DNA of 46,558 nt from Candidatus Enterousia sp. Lineage in GTDB: Bacteria; Pseudomonadota; Alphaproteobacteria; Rs-D84. Of this stretch, positions 35,356 through 44,154 are shown in pieces (position 1 is the first letter of the stretch; every line of letters begins with the position of its first letter). The position numbers and the translations under genes are program-made. A model generated the notes under the pieces. It made no database searches and was not told the origin of the DNA. It was given only the letters and a program-made list of their open reading frames with translations. The DNA is taken from assembly GCA_045657405.1 (NCBI GenBank), contig JAZOTB010000035.1, positions 1 through 46,558 of the forward strand, written 5' to 3'.

Positions 35356-37629
35356 TTAATTTGTTGTCCATGGAATATCGTTCATAATTAAGTAATACAG
35401 TTGTGGATTATCGCTGTCTGGATTGCGAATAATTGGTCGCACAACAAATATATCAACGTTACAAGGGCTGTTTGTATTATTTTGTGTTTCTGTTAAATCT
35501 TCGTGGAATTTTGCGGCAAAGTCCATCGCTTGCAGATATGCTGCATCGTCATCTTCGGGATGTGTAGAATCGCCCTGCCACATCAGCCACATACCATAGT
35601 TTACAACGTTTTCTTGTCCTCTGATATCATCGGCAGACAATAATAATAATGGTTTGAACTCAATATCATTTGTAAATTCGCCGGTGCTGGATTCTGTAAA
35701 GTCATACATGTCACCTGCAAATTTTATTGCGCCATATAAAAATCCACTTGTTGCACCGATTTTTGCCAGTGTACCAATATGTTTTAGCGTAGAATTAAAT
35801 AGCCAGTCTTTGATTCGTGTAGAAAATTTACTGGCGCGTCCAAGTTTTGCACCTTTGGCAATCAAGTCGTTTCCGCTTAATGCGGCCTTGCCTGCTTTTA
35901 ATACTTTTACACCGCGTGTAAAAACGTTGCCACGTTTTGGCATTTTCATCAAGGCGTGACGTGATGTATTAAGCGCAGAATATGTATTAGATAGTTCTTT
36001 GTATTTTTTTACGTCGTTAGAATTTTCGAGTGTTTTGACAGAATTGCGTAATTTTTCTATTTCTTTGTTTTTTTCTGCAATTTTTGTAGCATCTGTTACC
36101 GTATCCAACGTTTTGATTTCGTCGTTTAGTTTTGTTATTTGTGCAGTTGTATTTATGTATTTTTTTACAGAATCTGTTTGGCGTAATTTCTGTAATGAAC
36201 TGTACGTTTGTTTTAATTGTTGTGTTAATTCTATTTTTTTTGTTGGGTCAGTTAATTCATGACGATAATCGTTCAGTTTTGCAAATGCGTCTGATGTTTC
36301 TTGGTATTTTTCTACATTTGGATCACTTTTCTTTAATTTTTCTATATCTTTTTTGATTCCGGCGATTTCTTCTTTACGTTTTTGTTTTCTTATGTTTGGC
36401 AGATCATCTATAAGTTTCAAAACTTTGTCATCAGAAATAATATTTCCCTTTTTATCTAGATAGCGAACGGTACCGTCTGAATCTGTTATTACTTCTACCC
36501 CTGCTTCGGCTAATTCGTCTGCATATGATTTTGCTCCTCTTGGTAAATCGTCTATACGTTTTAACACCTCATTATGAGATAGAAATTTTCCATTTTTATC
36601 AAGATATCGTGTAATACCCTTTTTGTCTGTTACGACTTTTACACCAACCTTGGATAGTTCGTCTGTGTAAGATAGGCTGCGTGTAATATCGGATGCAGTA
36701 TCCAGTATTTCCAGTTCTTTGGTTAATTGTTTTATGCGATTAAGATGTTTTATATAGTCTTTGACAGAATCTAAATTGCGCAGTTGTTTCAAAGTGGTTG
36801 TCATTCCATGTAATGCACGTGATGCACGTGCACCTTTGGTGATACCGGATATAACAGTCCATCCACCAGATGTGGCAACAGTTACAACAACGTCAAGTGC
36901 GATTTCTGTATATCCAATCCATTCCAGATTTGCATCACCTGAAACGTAATAGTCATTTGAATCGTCTTCTGCGCCAACAGTTTGCGTAACGGCACGATTA
37001 AGTGCCTTGGTATCACGTGCCAATGCGTGTTTTGTTGTGCAGTTCATACCGTGTGGATAAAGACTGGAAATATTATCGTTGATATATTGCATGGATACAG
37101 TGTTATTTTTTTCTGGGCCAACAAAGTTATCCAGTGCCCCAGATTCAACGACCATAATCCCATACCATGCAGGATTTGTATTTGTCCAAACAGCATCAGG
37201 ATCAGATGGGTTAATAAGTGGATTTGGATCTGGTGATGGTAATTGACGTTTATATGCCAAGGATAGACGTTGTTTTAATACCTTGGGCTGGGTTTCATAA
37301 TTAACAGTAATTAAACGACCATTTGGAAATGTATATTGAATAGGCGTGAATTTTATTGCCGAATCTTCTGTGGCAGATGAAATTTCTGGACATTTTAATA
37401 CAGAATCCAAGGTAGCAGTGTCAGAAAAAATTGCATAAATCCATTGCTGAATTACGCTTTCATCATCGGTTTCATTAACTGTATTTGCTGTTTTTGCCAG
37501 TTGTTCTGCAAAAACTTTGGATGCGCACGGTGTTGTTGTATCTAATAAATTGCTTGCATTTGATGTGTCGTCTGCCCATAAATAACAAGGCAGAAAAATT
37601 AGTGATAAAATATAAAATAGTTTTTTCAT
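35356..37629 (-). CDS. Large secreted hypothetical protein with hydrophobic segments and nested internal duplications
   Basis: Signal peptide; EIALDVVVTVATSGGWTVISG segment; Lys-rich helical centre with repeats. Confidence 0.8.
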   Translation of the reverse strand: MKKLFYILSLIFLPCYLWADDTSNASNLLDTTTPCASKVFAEQLAKTANTVNETDDESVIQQWIYAIFSDTATLDSVLKCPEISSATEDSAIKFTPIQYTFPNGRLITVNYETQPKVLKQRLSLAYKRQLPSPDPNPLINPSDPDAVWTNTNPAWYGIMVVESGALDNFVGPEKNNTVSMQYINDNISSLYPHGMNCTTKHALARDTKALNRAVTQTVGAEDDSNDYYVSGDANLEWIGYTEIALDVVVTVATSGGWTVISGITKGARASRALHGMTTTLKQLRNLDSVKDYIKHLNRIKQLTKELEILDTASDITRSLSYTDELSKVGVKVVTDKKGITRYLDKNGKFLSHNEVLKRIDDLPRGAKSYADELAEAGVEVITDSDGTVRYLDKKGNIISDDKVLKLIDDLPNIRKQKRKEEIAGIKKDIEKLKKSDPNVEKYQETSDAFAKLNDYRHELTDPTKKIELTQQLKQTYSSLQKLRQTDSVKKYINTTAQITKLNDEIKTLDTVTDATKIAEKNKEIEKLRNSVKTLENSNDVKKYKELSNTYSALNTSRHALMKMPKRGNVFTRGVKVLKAGKAALSGNDLIAKGAKLGRASKFSTRIKDWLFNSTLKHIGTLAKIGATSGFLYGAIKFAGDMYDFTESSTGEFTNDIEFKPLLLLSADDIRGQENVVNYGMWLMWQGDSTHPEDDDAAYLQAMDFAAKFHEDLTETQNNTNSPCNVDIFVVRPIIRNPDSDNPQLYYLIMNDIPWTTN
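36397..36672 (-). repeat. Tandem 44-aa intragenic repeat (2 copies)
   Basis: SYTDELSKVGVKVVTDKKGITRYLDKNGKFLSHNEVLKRIDDLP and SYADELAEAGVEVITDSDGTVRYLDKKGNIISDDKVLKLIDDLP. Confidence 0.9.
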
Positions 37630-37631
37630 AA

Positions 37632-39044
37632 TTATTCTATGACAAATGGACCTGCTACGATTTTTTCAATGGAAATTTTACCTGATGGTGCCCTGTTTTG
37701 TTGGATTACATAAATTTCCATATCGTTGCATTTTGTTCCCTGTAATTTTTTTTGCAAGAATAATGCCAAATGTTTTGCTTCTTGTTCGGTTCTTTTTCTT
37801 ACGGTTGTAGTACCATTATTGCTTGAGACCATGTCTGATTGCAAAATGCCAAATGCGCCTTGTATTTTGTTTGTTGTTAGGAAATAATCAGTTTTGCCTT
37901 TGTTGTTATGGATTGCTTTGTATAGTGTTCTGTTAAGTACAGCGTTATCATCAATAAATCCTATCGCATGGTCTGAACAATCTTTGTCCCAGAATGCTTT
38001 ACGAAGGGTTTCGGAGAAGGGTTCTTCTAATGATAAATTTTCGTGTTTTGGTCGGAATAATATAGCGTATGTCCCAGATAGGTCGTCTTCTTTATTGTGT
38101 GTTGGTACATAATCTTCTGGTAATTCTACTTCATTGGTTTCGGGTTTTTTTGGGTCTTTTGGTGTGTCGGTTGCGTCAGGATTTCCTTGTGTTGTGTTTG
38201 ATGATGCGTCAGGAGTTTCTGTTTCTTCGTTTGATGGTGTGCCTTCTTCTTCTTCTTCTTCTTCTTCTTCTTCTTCTTCTATATTGTCGTATTGATAGGT
38301 TCCAGTTGCTTCTGTTGTTTTTATGTCTGCGATTTTAATTGAATGATATGCAACGCTGTCCTTGTATGGTTCATAGCCCTGCTGTTCATTTTCCATACGT
38401 TCGGAAAATGTTAAATCTGCATATGTTGTTGGAAATGGATTTGCAGTTATTCCATATACATTTGTTCCGTTCTGGGATTGCAGATCCATCAGTTCTTGTT
38501 TGCGTTCCTGTATTTCATTTGCCCATTCAGGAATGTTTGGCGTAAATGGATTTTTTATTTCAATTTTGTCGTTTTGACCAACCTTGGTATTTGGTGTTGT
38601 GGCATTTGGAAATGATGCAGCAAAACCACGTGGTGCCGCATTTGCGTACTGGGCAACATAATCGTTAAATATTCCGTCCAGATACCCACCACATGCAGTT
38701 GCGTAATTGCCACCAGATACACGTGACAACTGTAACATTATTGTTGGTCTGATATCACTAAGTTCTGTGGTGATACAATTGTTCAGATTCATACATTGTA
38801 CGGTTACCAAACTGGTTACAATGCGCTGACATTCGTCGGTTGTAATATCTGGGCCGGTGGCATATACCGGTTGAGGCATACGCTGGTTATATGGGGAATT
38901 AGGATTCCAAAATGGATTAGATGAATAATTTTGAACATTTTGAATAACGCCATACTTTGAAAATGGTGTAGATGCATGTGACATGGTGTAACATGTTGCA
39001 AATACTGCAAAAATGCCAAAAAAATGTCTAAGATACATTCTCAT
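37632..39044 (-). CDS. Secreted hypothetical protein with an acidic linker
   Basis: Signal peptide; N-domain (YGVIQNVQNYSSNPFWNPNSPYNQRMP); poly-Glu linker; C-domain. Confidence 0.8.
   Translation of the reverse strand: MRMYLRHFFGIFAVFATCYTMSHASTPFSKYGVIQNVQNYSSNPFWNPNSPYNQRMPQPVYATGPDITTDECQRIVTSLVTVQCMNLNNCITTELSDIRPTIMLQLSRVSGGNYATACGGYLDGIFNDYVAQYANAAPRGFAASFPNATTPNTKVGQNDKIEIKNPFTPNIPEWANEIQERKQELMDLQSQNGTNVYGITANPFPTTYADLTFSERMENEQQGYEPYKDSVAYHSIKIADIKTTEATGTYQYDNIEEEEEEEEEEEEGTPSNEETETPDASSNTTQGNPDATDTPKDPKKPETNEVELPEDYVPTHNKEDDLSGTYAILFRPKHENLSLEEPFSETLRKAFWDKDCSDHAIGFIDDNAVLNRTLYKAIHNNKGKTDYFLTTNKIQGAFGILQSDMVSSNNGTTTVRKRTEQEAKHLALFLQKKLQGTKCNDMEIYVIQQNRAPSGKISIEKIVAGPFVIE
38244..38279 (-). 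repeat. Perfect (GAA)12 microsatellite encoding Glu12
   Basis: (TTC)12 on the + strand. Confidence 0.95.
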
Positions 39045-39065
39045 TACAGGTCCCTGTTAGGGTAA

Positions 39066-39536
39066 TTATATCAAAAATAGATTTATAATAAAAGATAAAA
39101 ATCCCCCAAGTATAAAGAAAGGTGCAAATGGTATAAATTGTTGTTTGTGTTTGTGGGCCCAAATGGAACCTGTGATGCATGATATTATCAGCGCAACTGC
39201 CAATCCACTGGTTCCCAACCACAGACCGCCTGTACTTAATAACTTTATGTCGCCCATACCAATTGGTGGGGTTGCCGATTTGTTATGGCGTTGTAAAATA
39301 TGTTCAAAAATAATACCAACTAATGCACCTAATGTATATCCAAATGTTGCACCAATTACAGCGTCTTGGATGCGAATTGGAAATGAATAAAATGAAAGTA
39401 ATATCAAGCCAATTAATATCAGTGGGAATAAGTATGCGTCAGGAATAATTCTGCGACGAAAATCGGCAATTGATATCTTGATGGATAAAAATGCTGCTAA
39501 TGCTAGTAAAACAATGAAAAAGATGTAAGAAATCAT
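39066..39536 (-). CDS. Prepilin peptidase (A24 family, short form)
   Basis: SIADFRRRIIPD, IGMGDIKLL and IPFAPF motifs; lacks the N-terminal Zn-binding/methyltransferase domain. Confidence 0.9.
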   Translation of the reverse strand: MISYIFFIVLLALAAFLSIKISIADFRRRIIPDAYLFPLILIGLILLSFYSFPIRIQDAVIGATFGYTLGALVGIIFEHILQRHNKSATPPIGMGDIKLLSTGGLWLGTSGLAVALIISCITGSIWAHKHKQQFIPFAPFFILGGFLSFIINLFLI

Positions 39537-39609
39537 ATTTTTCTCCCTTGCGTTTCGAATCGGAATTGTGCTACACTTATATTATAATGTATAACAGGGG
39601 TTTTGTAAA

Positions 39610-40182
39610 ATGAGCAAAGGTTGGGATAGTACCGCATTAAAAAAGTTAAAGGCATTAACTGGCAAGGGATTGTCAACGTCTGAAATTGGTAAACGTTTAG
39701 GGATGTCAAAAAATGCCATTGTGGGTAAGTTAAATAGACTTGGTTGGAATGCCAAGGCTGGCGGTGCAAATGCTGCTGCGTTGCCAGATGCAAAACCTGC
39801 CAAGGCCAAGAAAACTGCAGAAGTGACCAAAAAAGCTGCTGCAACAAAAAAAACGGAAAGTGTTAAAAAAGTCGTGGACAAAGCGCCAAAGAAAACAAAT
39901 GCCAAGGCAAAGACTGTTGTAAAAAAAGAAACAGAAAAAAAGCCAGTTGTTAAAGAGGTTGCAGAACCTAAAAAGACAGCAAAGGATTTGGCTGTGCATC
40001 AGCGTATTATTCAGCATTCGCTGGAATTGGCAAGCTTGAAACCGAATCAGTGTCGTTGGCCAATTGGCGATCCTGATTCTGAACATTTTCATTTTTGTGG
40101 CGAAACAGTCTTTGTTGGTAAGCCATATTGTTATGAACACTGTAAACAGGCATATCAATTTGCGCCACCAAAAAAGAAATAA
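39610..40182 (+). CDS. gcrA: GcrA cell-cycle regulator
   Basis: W....LK.L...GLS.SEI..RLG.SKNAIVGK.NRL and C-terminal L....CRWPIGDP....FHFCG......PYC.EH...AYQ. Confidence 0.92.
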   Translation: MSKGWDSTALKKLKALTGKGLSTSEIGKRLGMSKNAIVGKLNRLGWNAKAGGANAAALPDAKPAKAKKTAEVTKKAAATKKTESVKKVVDKAPKKTNAKAKTVVKKETEKKPVVKEVAEPKKTAKDLAVHQRIIQHSLELASLKPNQCRWPIGDPDSEHFHFCGETVFVGKPYCYEHCKQAYQFAPPKKK

Positions 40183-40197
40183 TACAGGGGTTTGTAA

Positions 40198-42480
40198 ATG
40201 ACAAACGAGAGAGAAAATTTTTTCCAACCATTAACACTGGTAGATTATGATATCGCAGGAAATTCTTTTCGTGCTTATTATGATGCTGATAAAAAACTGG
40301 TCTTTGTTATTGATTTTTTAATCAGTGATATTAAACCAAATGTTTTATTGGTTATTAATCCTGTGGGTGATCGTAAATGGGATGATATTTTAGAAAATGA
40401 CTATGGTGTTGATTTGGAAACTGTGCGCCCTAAGAAAGATAACAAATATCAAAAACTGGATATTGAATATGCTGGTTTGGCAGAATATGATAATTTAATT
40501 GCTGCGTACGAGGCCGGTAAAATACTGAATTCTGAATTAAACGCCTTGATGGAATTTCGTCATGTTGCAGCGACAAGATCGGCAATTGAAAGATTAGATG
40601 CTGCTGAATTGACCGTCAGTCGCAGTCGCGAAACAATTGATAAAACAGAAGTTAATTTATCAGAATTACAAGAAAAATTGAAAACGTTGCGGACTAAATT
40701 AGCTGATGCCAAGCGTGCAATTGGTAAAGAGCCAACAAAGCAATCTGCATCAAAAATTTTGCGTATTGAATCACAAATTGATTCAACGATGGATAAAATA
40801 AAACGGGCAAAAAAACGTTTGAATAATGCACAAAATCGTTTGAGCGCGGCAGAAGATGAAATTGAAACTGCGCAACATATATTAAATAAATTAAAAGTAG
40901 AATTGCCTGCAGAACCTGCACCGGCTCAGATTGTTGTGGCAGAACCTGCACCTGTACCTGTTATCACTGAAAATACAGAATATGAAGAACCAAAGGCGGA
41001 CAATATGAGCGATGATATTAAACCATTGTTTGATACAGATCCAAATATTATTGATGAAGAAATTGCATTCAAACCAATTGATTTTGGAGAAAAGACAGTT
41101 TCGTCAGAGCCTGTAGCGCCTGTGGTAAATATAACGCAAAATTTTGCACAGCCTATGGCAGATGTTGAAAAGGACGATAATGAAAATGTCCCTATGGTAC
41201 AAGAAAGTCCATCTGTGCCTGCCGTAAAACCTGTGCCGGTTGAAGAATATGTGTCGCCTTTGTCCGAATACAAAGAAAATACATTTGTTGAAGAACCAGA
41301 AATGGAAGAACAAGAAAATATTATTCAACCTTTGTCTTTTACGCCTCCTACCAGTTTTGAGACTGTGTCAAACGAAGAAAATGAAGAAAGCGAAGAAAAT
41401 AAGATGCCTCAGCCATTGTTTGAAGGGTTCACACCTATTCCATTAGGCGAAGAACAAGAGGATTTGAGCACATGGGAAGAGCCTGTGATTGATATGCCAA
41501 CTGTTTATTCGGAAAATAATGATACAAAAAAACAAGAACAGTATATGACAGATGATGTGTCTGAATATAAACCAGAACATGTTGTCGCAGAATCAGATGA
41601 TGTTGAAGCGGCGCCAATTACATCTTCGTTGCGTCCTGTGTCCCCTATTTCTGGGGCGGCAGATGTTGCTGCACCTGTTGTTGCAGTTGCATCTAAGAAA
41701 CCAACAATGTTGTACTATGTATTGTTATTTGTTTTGATTATTTTATCGGTGTTTACTTTGTGGGTTTATCAGAATTCTGCTAATGATACGATGCCAGAAT
41801 TGGGTGCTAAAACAGAACCTGTTGCCGTTGTAGAAGAAAGTGTATCTGTTGCAGAACCGCAGCCAGATGTGGTAGATACGATTACTGATGTGGTTCCCGA
41901 AGAAATAGTCGCAGAACAAATAATAGAACCAGAAGTGATTGTTCCAGATGTTGAACCAACAGAAGTGGCTGTTACAGAACCTGTGGTTGAAAATGTCGCG
42001 ACAGAACCTACGGTTGTGCCTGTAACCCAAGAACCTGAAACTGTTCCAGAACCTGTGATACAAAAAGTAGAAAATACAGGCAGTCCTTTTATTAATATTT
42101 CTGCTGATACAATATTTAGAAATGTGCCAGATGCGCCACAGCCAGAACCTGTTAAGGTGCCAACAGAAGAAGAAATTTTGGCGTCTAAACCTGCTTATGG
42201 TGTTTCGCATACAGAAGATGTGATTGTCGCAACACCAGAATCTGAATCTGGGATTGTCATAGAAGAACAATCAACAGCAATAGTAGAAGAAATAGGACCA
42301 GAATTTGTCACGGAATACGAAGAAGTGGTAGAAGACTTTACAGAAGAACAGGAAATGTGTGCAGATGGTAATGCGCCTGATGCAGATGGGTGCTGTTCTG
42401 GTGAAGAACTGGTGCTGATGCCAGACGGTGAAAGGGTTTGCTGTATCCAAGGTACAGATGAATGTTTCCCGCCTATGTAA
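40198..42480 (+). CDS. Bitopic membrane protein: coiled coil, acidic Pro-rich disordered regions, one TM and a Cys-rich C-terminal tip
   Basis: Heptad-rich aa ~130-235; TM LYYVLLFVLIILSVFTLWVY; C-terminus CADG..PD..GCC.GE...CC......CFPPM. Confidence 0.8.
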   Translation: MTNERENFFQPLTLVDYDIAGNSFRAYYDADKKLVFVIDFLISDIKPNVLLVINPVGDRKWDDILENDYGVDLETVRPKKDNKYQKLDIEYAGLAEYDNLIAAYEAGKILNSELNALMEFRHVAATRSAIERLDAAELTVSRSRETIDKTEVNLSELQEKLKTLRTKLADAKRAIGKEPTKQSASKILRIESQIDSTMDKIKRAKKRLNNAQNRLSAAEDEIETAQHILNKLKVELPAEPAPAQIVVAEPAPVPVITENTEYEEPKADNMSDDIKPLFDTDPNIIDEEIAFKPIDFGEKTVSSEPVAPVVNITQNFAQPMADVEKDDNENVPMVQESPSVPAVKPVPVEEYVSPLSEYKENTFVEEPEMEEQENIIQPLSFTPPTSFETVSNEENEESEENKMPQPLFEGFTPIPLGEEQEDLSTWEEPVIDMPTVYSENNDTKKQEQYMTDDVSEYKPEHVVAESDDVEAAPITSSLRPVSPISGAADVAAPVVAVASKKPTMLYYVLLFVLIILSVFTLWVYQNSANDTMPELGAKTEPVAVVEESVSVAEPQPDVVDTITDVVPEEIVAEQIIEPEVIVPDVEPTEVAVTEPVVENVATEPTVVPVTQEPETVPEPVIQKVENTGSPFINISADTIFRNVPDAPQPEPVKVPTEEEILASKPAYGVSHTEDVIVATPESESGIVIEEQSTAIVEEIGPEFVTEYEEVVEDFTEEQEMCADGNAPDADGCCSGEELVLMPDGERVCCIQGTDECFPPM

Positions 42481-42506
42481 TTAAATATAACATTTTATCT
42501 AAAAAC

Positions 42507-42542
42507 AAATCAGGAATCTTATGTAAGTATGATTCCTGATTT
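42507..42542. terminator. Inverted repeat between convergent genes
   Basis: AAATCAGGAATC...GATTCCTGATTT. Confidence 0.7.
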
Positions 42543-42870
42543 ATTTTTGTAATGATATTACTTCATTTAAAAATATTGCCCCTTTGATGTGGTCTAAGTA
42601 CTTTTTGGCGCATATTTGGGCGTATTGGATTGCTTCTTCTTTTGATCTGTTTAGGGCTATTTCTACGTTTTTGTTATCTCTTTCCTGTCTGACTACTGCT
42701 TGGGTGCCTTTTATTAATTTGAAGTTATCTTTTTCATCATAGTAACCGAATAAAATTTTATTATTAATGGTTGGTTTTGTGGTTATTATCCAATTGGCAT
42801 TTTTTATAACAACAGCACCCAGTTTGCAATGTTGGTTGCATCCATCACAAATTTTTTCTTTTACTGACAT
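42541..42870 (-). CDS. CxGCxxxC family paralog
   Basis: CDGCNQHCKLGA...KPTINNK..GYYDE...AIQYAQIC; AAGGA RBS. Confidence 0.75.
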   Translation of the reverse strand: MSVKEKICDGCNQHCKLGAVVIKNANWIITTKPTINNKILFGYYDEKDNFKLIKGTQAVVRQERDNKNVEIALNRSKEEAIQYAQICAKKYLDHIKGAIFLNEVISLQK

Positions 42871-42885
42871 ATTTTATCCTTGTTT

Positions 42886-43039
42886 TTAATGCTTGTTTGT
42901 TTTGCGAGATTTACAAATGTTTGCAATTTTTAGAGCGTTTCTATACATATATAAGCTTAAGGCTTAAAACACATTGTTTTTCACATCCGTTGCAACGACT
43001 TTCTGGTATGTTTATATTGTATCTTTTTGCAAATGGCAT
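42886..43039 (-). pseudogene. Internally deleted, frameshifted CxGCxxxC family paralog
   Basis: Manual translation gives MPFAKRYNINIPESRCNGCEKQCVLSLKLIYV*; another frame continues YRNALKIANICKSRKTNKH*. The central PTI segment is missing. Confidence 0.7.
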
Positions 43040-43073
43040 TGTGTTCCTTTTTTTTGTTTTTGTTGCTGTGATG

Positions 43074-43101
43074 ATAATAGATTATAATATAAAAATGTCA
43101 A
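43074..43101 (-). promoter_or_regulatory. Sigma70-type promoter for the second Cys-motif locus
   Basis: TTGACA-N16-TATTAT; shares CTTGACATTTTT with the promoter at 16608-16635. Confidence 0.6.
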
Positions 43102-43142
43102 GGAGCTCGGTAAAGGCTTTATATTAAAAACAAGAAATAAAC

Positions 43143-43167
43143 AAATCCCCCGTTTGGGGGATTTTTT
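43143..43167 (-). terminator. Terminator after thyA (AATCCCC family)
   Basis: AAATCCCCC-GTTT-GGGGGATTTTTT. Confidence 0.8.
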
Positions 43168-44109
43168 CTATCGGGCGACATCGCCACGCAGGCGTTCGTG
43201 ACAGACATAGTCTTTTAATTTAAATCCATTATCTGCGTGCCACTTCAGCATGCCGTTCCAGTTTTCGTCTGGAATTTCAACAGTTGGTAACTTATATGGT
43301 GTGCGTGATATCTGTTCGCGTGCTTGATTTATATGATTTTCGTAAATGTGAACATCGTGCAATTCGCCACGTAATACACCCGGGGTCAGCCCTGCTTCCT
43401 TGGCGTACAGTAACAATAATAATGCGTATGATGCGATATTGTATGGAATGCCCAAGAACATATCGCATGAACGCTGGGTCCATATCAGATTCAGTTTATT
43501 ATTATGTACCAATACCTGATGCATAATGTGGCATGGTGGTAACGCCATTTGATATTGATCGACTGGATTCCAGGCGTTCACAATAATACGACGGTTATTT
43601 GGGTCTGTCTTTATGGTGTTTATTGCGTTTTTTAACTGGTCAATGCCAGGATATTGTGGTTCAAAGTTCTTTTGTGGGGCTACCGGATTCCAAAAGTATT
43701 TGCCACCAAAATGACGCCATTGCCATCCATAAACAGGTCCTAAATCACGTTCGTCAGACATCAAGTTGTTTTTTAATTCGGTTTTTTCATTGTCTGTCAT
43801 ATTTGGGTTTGACTTGATGGCCTGTTCGTATTTAGGTTGCCATTTTGTTGGGTTGGACCATTCATCCCAAATATGGCATTTCCTGTCAATCAACCATTGT
43901 TTATCTGTTATTCCGTGTATAAAAAACTCTAATTCTGTTGCAATATTTTTTAATCCCATTTTTTTAGTTGTAACCAATGGAAATCCGTTTGACATGTCGT
44001 GTTCAAAGGTTGCACCCCATGGAATTCTAAGAGTTTTAATGCCTGTGCGATTGTCGGACATTGTGCCATTATTCAGGCAATTGCTTAAAATGTCTAGATA
44101 TGCTTTCAT
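43168..44109 (-). CDS. thyA: Thymidylate synthase
   Basis: NRTG, FPLVTTKK, IWDEW, DLGPVYGWQWR, MALPPCH, QRSCDMFLGIPYNIASY and HIYENH motifs. Confidence 0.97.
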   Translation of the reverse strand: MKAYLDILSNCLNNGTMSDNRTGIKTLRIPWGATFEHDMSNGFPLVTTKKMGLKNIATELEFFIHGITDKQWLIDRKCHIWDEWSNPTKWQPKYEQAIKSNPNMTDNEKTELKNNLMSDERDLGPVYGWQWRHFGGKYFWNPVAPQKNFEPQYPGIDQLKNAINTIKTDPNNRRIIVNAWNPVDQYQMALPPCHIMHQVLVHNNKLNLIWTQRSCDMFLGIPYNIASYALLLLLYAKEAGLTPGVLRGELHDVHIYENHINQAREQISRTPYKLPTVEIPDENWNGMLKWHADNGFKLKDYVCHERLRGDVAR

Positions 44110-44126
44110 GTAACAATTCCTTGTAC

Positions 44127-44153
44127 AAAAAACGCACCAATTGGTGCGTTTTT
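44127..44153 (-). terminator. Terminator after tig
   Basis: AAAAAACGCACCAATTGGTGCGTTTTT. Confidence 0.85.
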
Positions 44154-44154
44154 A

